Part shown: positions 60,608 to 64,000 of the stretch, in pieces | How positions within the stretch are numbered: position 1 is the stretch's first letter | Layout: each line of letters begins with the position of its first letter | NCBI GenBank assembly: GCA_913052165.1 | Contig: CAJXEC010000001.1 | Span: 30,056-94,055, forward strand | DNA from: an uncultured Rhodospirillaceae bacterium | GTDB taxonomy: Bacteria; Pseudomonadota; Alphaproteobacteria; MPNO01; UBA2964 | DNA: 64,000 nt | Direction: 5' to 3' | Translations under genes and position numbers: made by a program | Notes under the pieces: model-generated | What the model was told of the DNA's origin: nothing | The model's input: only the letters and a program-made list of their open reading frames with translations | The model's database searches: none

Positions 60608-60687
60608 AATAAATTTTTCCTTAATTTCTGAATTACTCGACGCCGCAAAATAATCACGTCGACTAGTTGGTCAACTTTTTGCAACTG

Positions 60688-61389
60688 TTACGCGGCAGAT
60701 GCTTTAGGTAAGAATTGCTTCACCCATTTTCCATTATTGCGCACCTGCTCCTCCCATACTTGATAGAATTCAGGAACTACTCCTCTCAACACAGCTGGAT
60801 AGCTTATCAGAGCGTCCCGCCATGCGGAAAGCAAAGGTAAATCGTCGAGAAGCCCTGTGGGCCTTACGCGGTCAAGAAACGTAAATCGCATTAAAGCCGG
60901 CGCGTAGGCAGCATCGACCAATGAGAACTCCACGCCATTAAAGAAAGGACCTTGATTGCCCCGCTTTGACAAAGCACCTTCCAGACGGCTGGCGGGAACT
61001 CTGGCTTTTTCTACTCGGGCGTTAAAGTCGTCCTCATCAAAAGCATTAGAGATGTGGGTAATTTGACTGAAAGTCGGCACAAAGTCTGTCCAGGCACGAT
61101 TTTGGGCGCGCAAAATAGGATCTTTAGGATGGAGACGTGGTTCTGCAATTTCATCAAGAAATTCCGCAATCGCATTAGACTCAAATAATGCTGTCTCTCC
61201 ATCTATGATTAAAACTGGTACCTTCGAGTGGGGCGATATCTCCAGAAACCAATCAGGCCGATTAGCGCGATCAATGTATTCTATTTCATATTCAATGCCT
61301 TTTTCTTGAAGTACAATCGCAGCCCGGTGGACCCAGGGACAAGTTTTGAAACTGCAAAGCTTAAATCTCGTTTTCATCTTATCCTCCAA
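60688..61389 (-). CDS. Glutathione S-transferase family protein
   Basis: N-terminal thioredoxin-like GST domain (LCSFKTCPWVHRAAIVL..., VPVL) and C-terminal alpha domain. Start probably at the Met near 61377. Confidence 0.7.
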   Translation of the reverse strand: MEDKMKTRFKLCSFKTCPWVHRAAIVLQEKGIEYEIEYIDRANRPDWFLEISPHSKVPVLIIDGETALFESNAIAEFLDEIAEPRLHPKDPILRAQNRAWTDFVPTFSQITHISNAFDEDDFNARVEKARVPASRLEGALSKRGNQGPFFNGVEFSLVDAAYAPALMRFTFLDRVRPTGLLDDLPLLSAWRDALISYPAVLRGVVPEFYQVWEEQVRNNGKWVKQFLPKASAA

Positions 61390-61434
61390 TATATTTGACC
61401 AAAATATATGGTGCAGTAAATTGTAGAAAAATCA

Positions 61435-62307
61435 TCAAATTTCCCTGCGAGATGCCAGTGATTCTCTATGGGCGATATAAATAGAAGCAGCAAAGATTAT
61501 CGCACCTCCAACCCACACCCAAAAATCTGGTAACTCAGAGAAGACAAACCAACCAATTAATGCCGCAAAGGGCAACCTTGAAAAATCATATGGCAAAACC
61601 GCGGTGGCATCAGCTGCTGCAAACGCTCGAGACAAGAACCTTTGATTGAGTGTTGCAAAGAAACCAATGGCCAACAAAAAACTAAGCTGTTCCCATGAGG
61701 GGGTAACCCAGACAAATACTGTCGGTAAAGCTATTAGGGGGGTCACATATAACATTAGAAATAGCACCGCAGTATCGGGATGATCTTTTCTTGTTGTATA
61801 TTTTACCAGAGCATTACTAGCCCCGTTTGTCATAGCGCCAATTAGAACCAGCACTGCACCTAAATTCATCGCATCGAACCCTGGCCTAAGTATTATGATC
61901 GCACCAACAAAACCAATACCCAGTGCGGCTATACGGCGCGCCCGAATTTTCTCGCCCAAAAACACCACAACCAAAGCCGCAGCAAAAAGAGGAGACGTAA
62001 AAATCAATGCTTGGGAATCTGATACCGGGATCATCGCTGCACCGGAAAAGTAGCTCATAACAAAAGCAACGCCAATTAAGCCGCGCAAAGCATAAAACTT
62101 ATGGTTTTCAGTTTGAAAAACGGTCGGTCCTGTTCGTAAAACAAAAGGAACCATAAGTATAAGGTTCGTTATTGTGCGAAAAAAACCGATTTCAAATGGG
62201 TGTATTTCCTGTGCAATGACTCTTATTAAAGCGGTCATAATCGTGAAGCTAGCCGCGGCCCCCATCATATATAGGCCGCCGCGAAGTGCTGGCGCCATGT
62301 TAGTCAA
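61435..62307 (-). CDS. EamA/DMT-family transporter
   Basis: 290 aa, 10 TM, two EamA repeats. Confidence 0.7.
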   Translation of the reverse strand: MTNMAPALRGGLYMMGAAASFTIMTALIRVIAQEIHPFEIGFFRTITNLILMVPFVLRTGPTVFQTENHKFYALRGLIGVAFVMSYFSGAAMIPVSDSQALIFTSPLFAAALVVVFLGEKIRARRIAALGIGFVGAIIILRPGFDAMNLGAVLVLIGAMTNGASNALVKYTTRKDHPDTAVLFLMLYVTPLIALPTVFVWVTPSWEQLSFLLAIGFFATLNQRFLSRAFAAADATAVLPYDFSRLPFAALIGWFVFSELPDFWVWVGGAIIFAASIYIAHRESLASRREI

Positions 62308-62441
62308 TAATAATCCTCAGGTTTTATTTCTCTGAACTTACCAGGAATTTAGAAGACAAAAGAAACGTCGAGCCCTCAAATCTAATACCCAGAAATATAA
62401 AATTTAAAATTTACATTCTCCAGGATTGCTTTTTTTAACCA

Positions 62442-64000
62442 TCAGACATAGCCCCACTCTTGATCTCGCTGCCTATCTTCCTCTTTACGGTCATCGGGGT
62501 CGCCATATCCGCCTCCCCCTGCAGCCTCTATCCTCATAGTTGCACCAATCTCGAGATCAAGCCTCGTGGTTATTGGCATTTCTTTTTCGTTATGCTGACC
62601 CGGGTTAATTATAAAACGACTAGGTCTTCCGGGCTGCCCTCCTGCTACCCCCTTGGGCCGACGGGCCGCCCGGTCGCCTCTAAAAATTACCATTGCAGGC
62701 TGCAGAATTTCATAATCACGCCGCATCGCCAAACCGCCACGATACTGACCATCTCCACCTGAACCAGGTATAAGCTCGTATCGCGTTACGCGACATGGAA
62801 ATTCCGTTTCTACTATCTCAATCGGGGTGACGTAAATATTTGAAAGATGGACTGTCGTGCCTGATGTGCCATCCTGAGTAGCTGAACCACCGTAGGCTGA
62901 ACCATATATTTCATACTGGTTACCTCTCGGCACTCGGTCGGTGCCACGCCAATCGATGGTAAGCCCGCCGCCGCTACCCCCACTGTAAGCTGCCGCTCGC
63001 TCAGGAACAAAAACTCCGAAAGCCTCCAAAAGCATGTCAATCACGGTCATGCATGTTTTCATATAAGAACTGCACGGAGCAGGTGGATAAGGATCCACAA
63101 CTGTTCCTTGTTTTGTCTCCAGTCTGACACAGTCGAATGCCGCATCCGAATACCGGAGATTAGGGTCGAGCATTCCAATTAAAACTTGGAAACAACAAGC
63201 TTCAATCAACCCACGACGAATATTTACAGGTCCCTTTCCTTGGGGATCACTCCCTGAAAAATCAAAAGAGACCTCGCCATTTGCAACGTTCACTTTGACA
63301 TGCATCCTGACAGGCTTAGAAAAATCAATGCCGTCACTGTCAAGGAATGACTCTGCTTCTGATTGGCCCGCAGGCAACTTTGATAAGGCAGCCCGAAACT
63401 CAGTAGCCGCTGCCAAAATCATCCCCTCTATACAATTCAAAACGGTGTCTGTGCCGTATTCAGAACAAATTTCCAGCAGCCTATTGCGTCCAATTCCTAT
63501 GGCTGCAACCTGACCACGCAAATCACCCAGTGTCGTCTCAGGAAAACGGCTATTTGTCCGAATAAGACGCTCTATGTCGCGATTCAATTCACCCGCACGA
63601 TAAAACTGTACTGGCGGATATAAAATTCCCTCTTGGAAAATCTCGGTAGCCTGGCCCCAAGTGGAGCCGGGAACTGTGCCACCAACGTCAGCCTTGTGCG
63701 CGATGCTACCGGAAAACCCAATCAACACTCCGTCTTTGAAGATTGGCATAATCACACCCATGTCGGGAATATGAGGTAGGTTGCCATCATACGGATGATT
63801 CGAAACAAAGATATCGCCATCTTCGAGGCCTGAGTCCCCGTAAATTTCTAAAATTCGACTTACCAGATATTTATAGGCCGTCGAATGAAAGAACATAGGC
63901 GGCGCGACAAGAATGCGGCCCTTTGGGTCAAGTATTACACAGGAAAAGTCTCTCGACTCGCGGACAATCGTTGAATACCCCGACCGAAAGAAATGGTGGT
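62442..64000 (-). CDS. Hydantoinase B / 5-oxoprolinase (HyuB) family protein, 5'-truncated by window end
   Basis: HyuB-family sequence. I translated the minus strand by hand from 63896 to 64000 and found no stop (…HHFFRSGYSITVRESRDFSCVILDPKGRILVAPP-MFFHST…), so the gene continues beyond the window. The Met at 63896 is internal. Confidence 0.75.
   Translation of the reverse strand, partial: HHFFRSGYSTIVRESRDFSCVILDPKGRILVAPPMFFHSTAYKYLVSRILEIYGDSGLEDGDIFVSNHPYDGNLPHIPDMGVIMPIFKDGVLIGFSGSIAHKADVGGTVPGSTWGQATEIFQEGILYPPVQFYRAGELNRDIERLIRTNSRFPETTLGDLRGQVAAIGIGRNRLLEICSEYGTDTVLNCIEGMILAAATEFRAALSKLPAGQSEAESFLDSDGIDFSKPVRMHVKVNVANGEVSFDFSGSDPQGKGPVNIRRGLIEACCFQVLIGMLDPNLRYSDAAFDCVRLETKQGTVVDPYPPAPCSSYMKTCMTVIDMLLEAFGVFVPERAAAYSGGSGGGLTIDWRGTDRVPRGNQYEIYGSAYGGSATQDGTSGTTVHLSNIYVTPIEIVETEFPCRVTRYELIPGSGGDGQYRGGLAMRRDYEILQPAMVIFRGDRAARRPKGVAGGQPGRPSRFIINPGQHNEKEMPITTRLDLEIGATMRIEAAGGGGYGDPDDRKEEDRQRDQEWGYV

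Noticed and set aside
1-64000. CRISPR arrays, integrases, transposases, phage genes, toxin-antitoxin pairs, defense-system hallmarks
   Set aside because: I saw no regularly spaced direct repeats and no genes with recombinase, transposase, phage structural or nuclease-NTPase defense signatures. All large ORFs were assignable to housekeeping or metabolic families.

Overview
This is a 64-kb chromosomal segment that looks alphaproteobacterial, judged from gene content and synteny only, with no search run. The synteny evidence is the rpmH-rnpA-yidD-yidC-engB-argB cluster, def-fmt-truA, ybaB-recR-dnaX with SRP RNA upstream, a type-2 ctaA, and the yejABEF importer. Coding density is high and most of the window is core housekeeping. 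That includes arginine, pantothenate and lysine/DAP biosynthesis, translation and tRNA modification, replication/recombination, and potassium and peptide transport. I found no CRISPR array, integrase, transposase, recognisable defense system or toxin-antitoxin pair by eye.

The one accessory-looking stretch is about 11.7-20.6 kb and ends at a tRNA-Arg(ACG) gene. It holds two paralogous xanthine-dehydrogenase/CO-dehydrogenase-family large subunits (CoxL-like). One carries the form-II AYRGAGR loop and the other a variant YRGSGAPE loop. Neither is followed by the usual small (2Fe-2S) or medium (FAD) subunit genes. The two are separated by an SDR gene and a roughly 760-bp AT-rich non-coding gap. 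After them come a stand-alone EgtB-like DinB_2/FGE-sulfatase protein that appears to lack the canonical His pair, a CoxG-like SRPBCC protein and a SnoaL/NTF2-like protein. This unusual Mo-hydroxylase module is the best candidate for something undescribed, but its function is inference only.

Three non-coding features are not explained by the ORF track: an SRP RNA (ffs) upstream of dnaX, a tRNA-Arg, and a SAM-II-like riboswitch candidate plus an intrinsic terminator between ctaA and metZ. The window edges cut ctaA at its 5' end and a hydantoinase-B/oxoprolinase-family gene at its 5' end (open to the window end on the minus strand).
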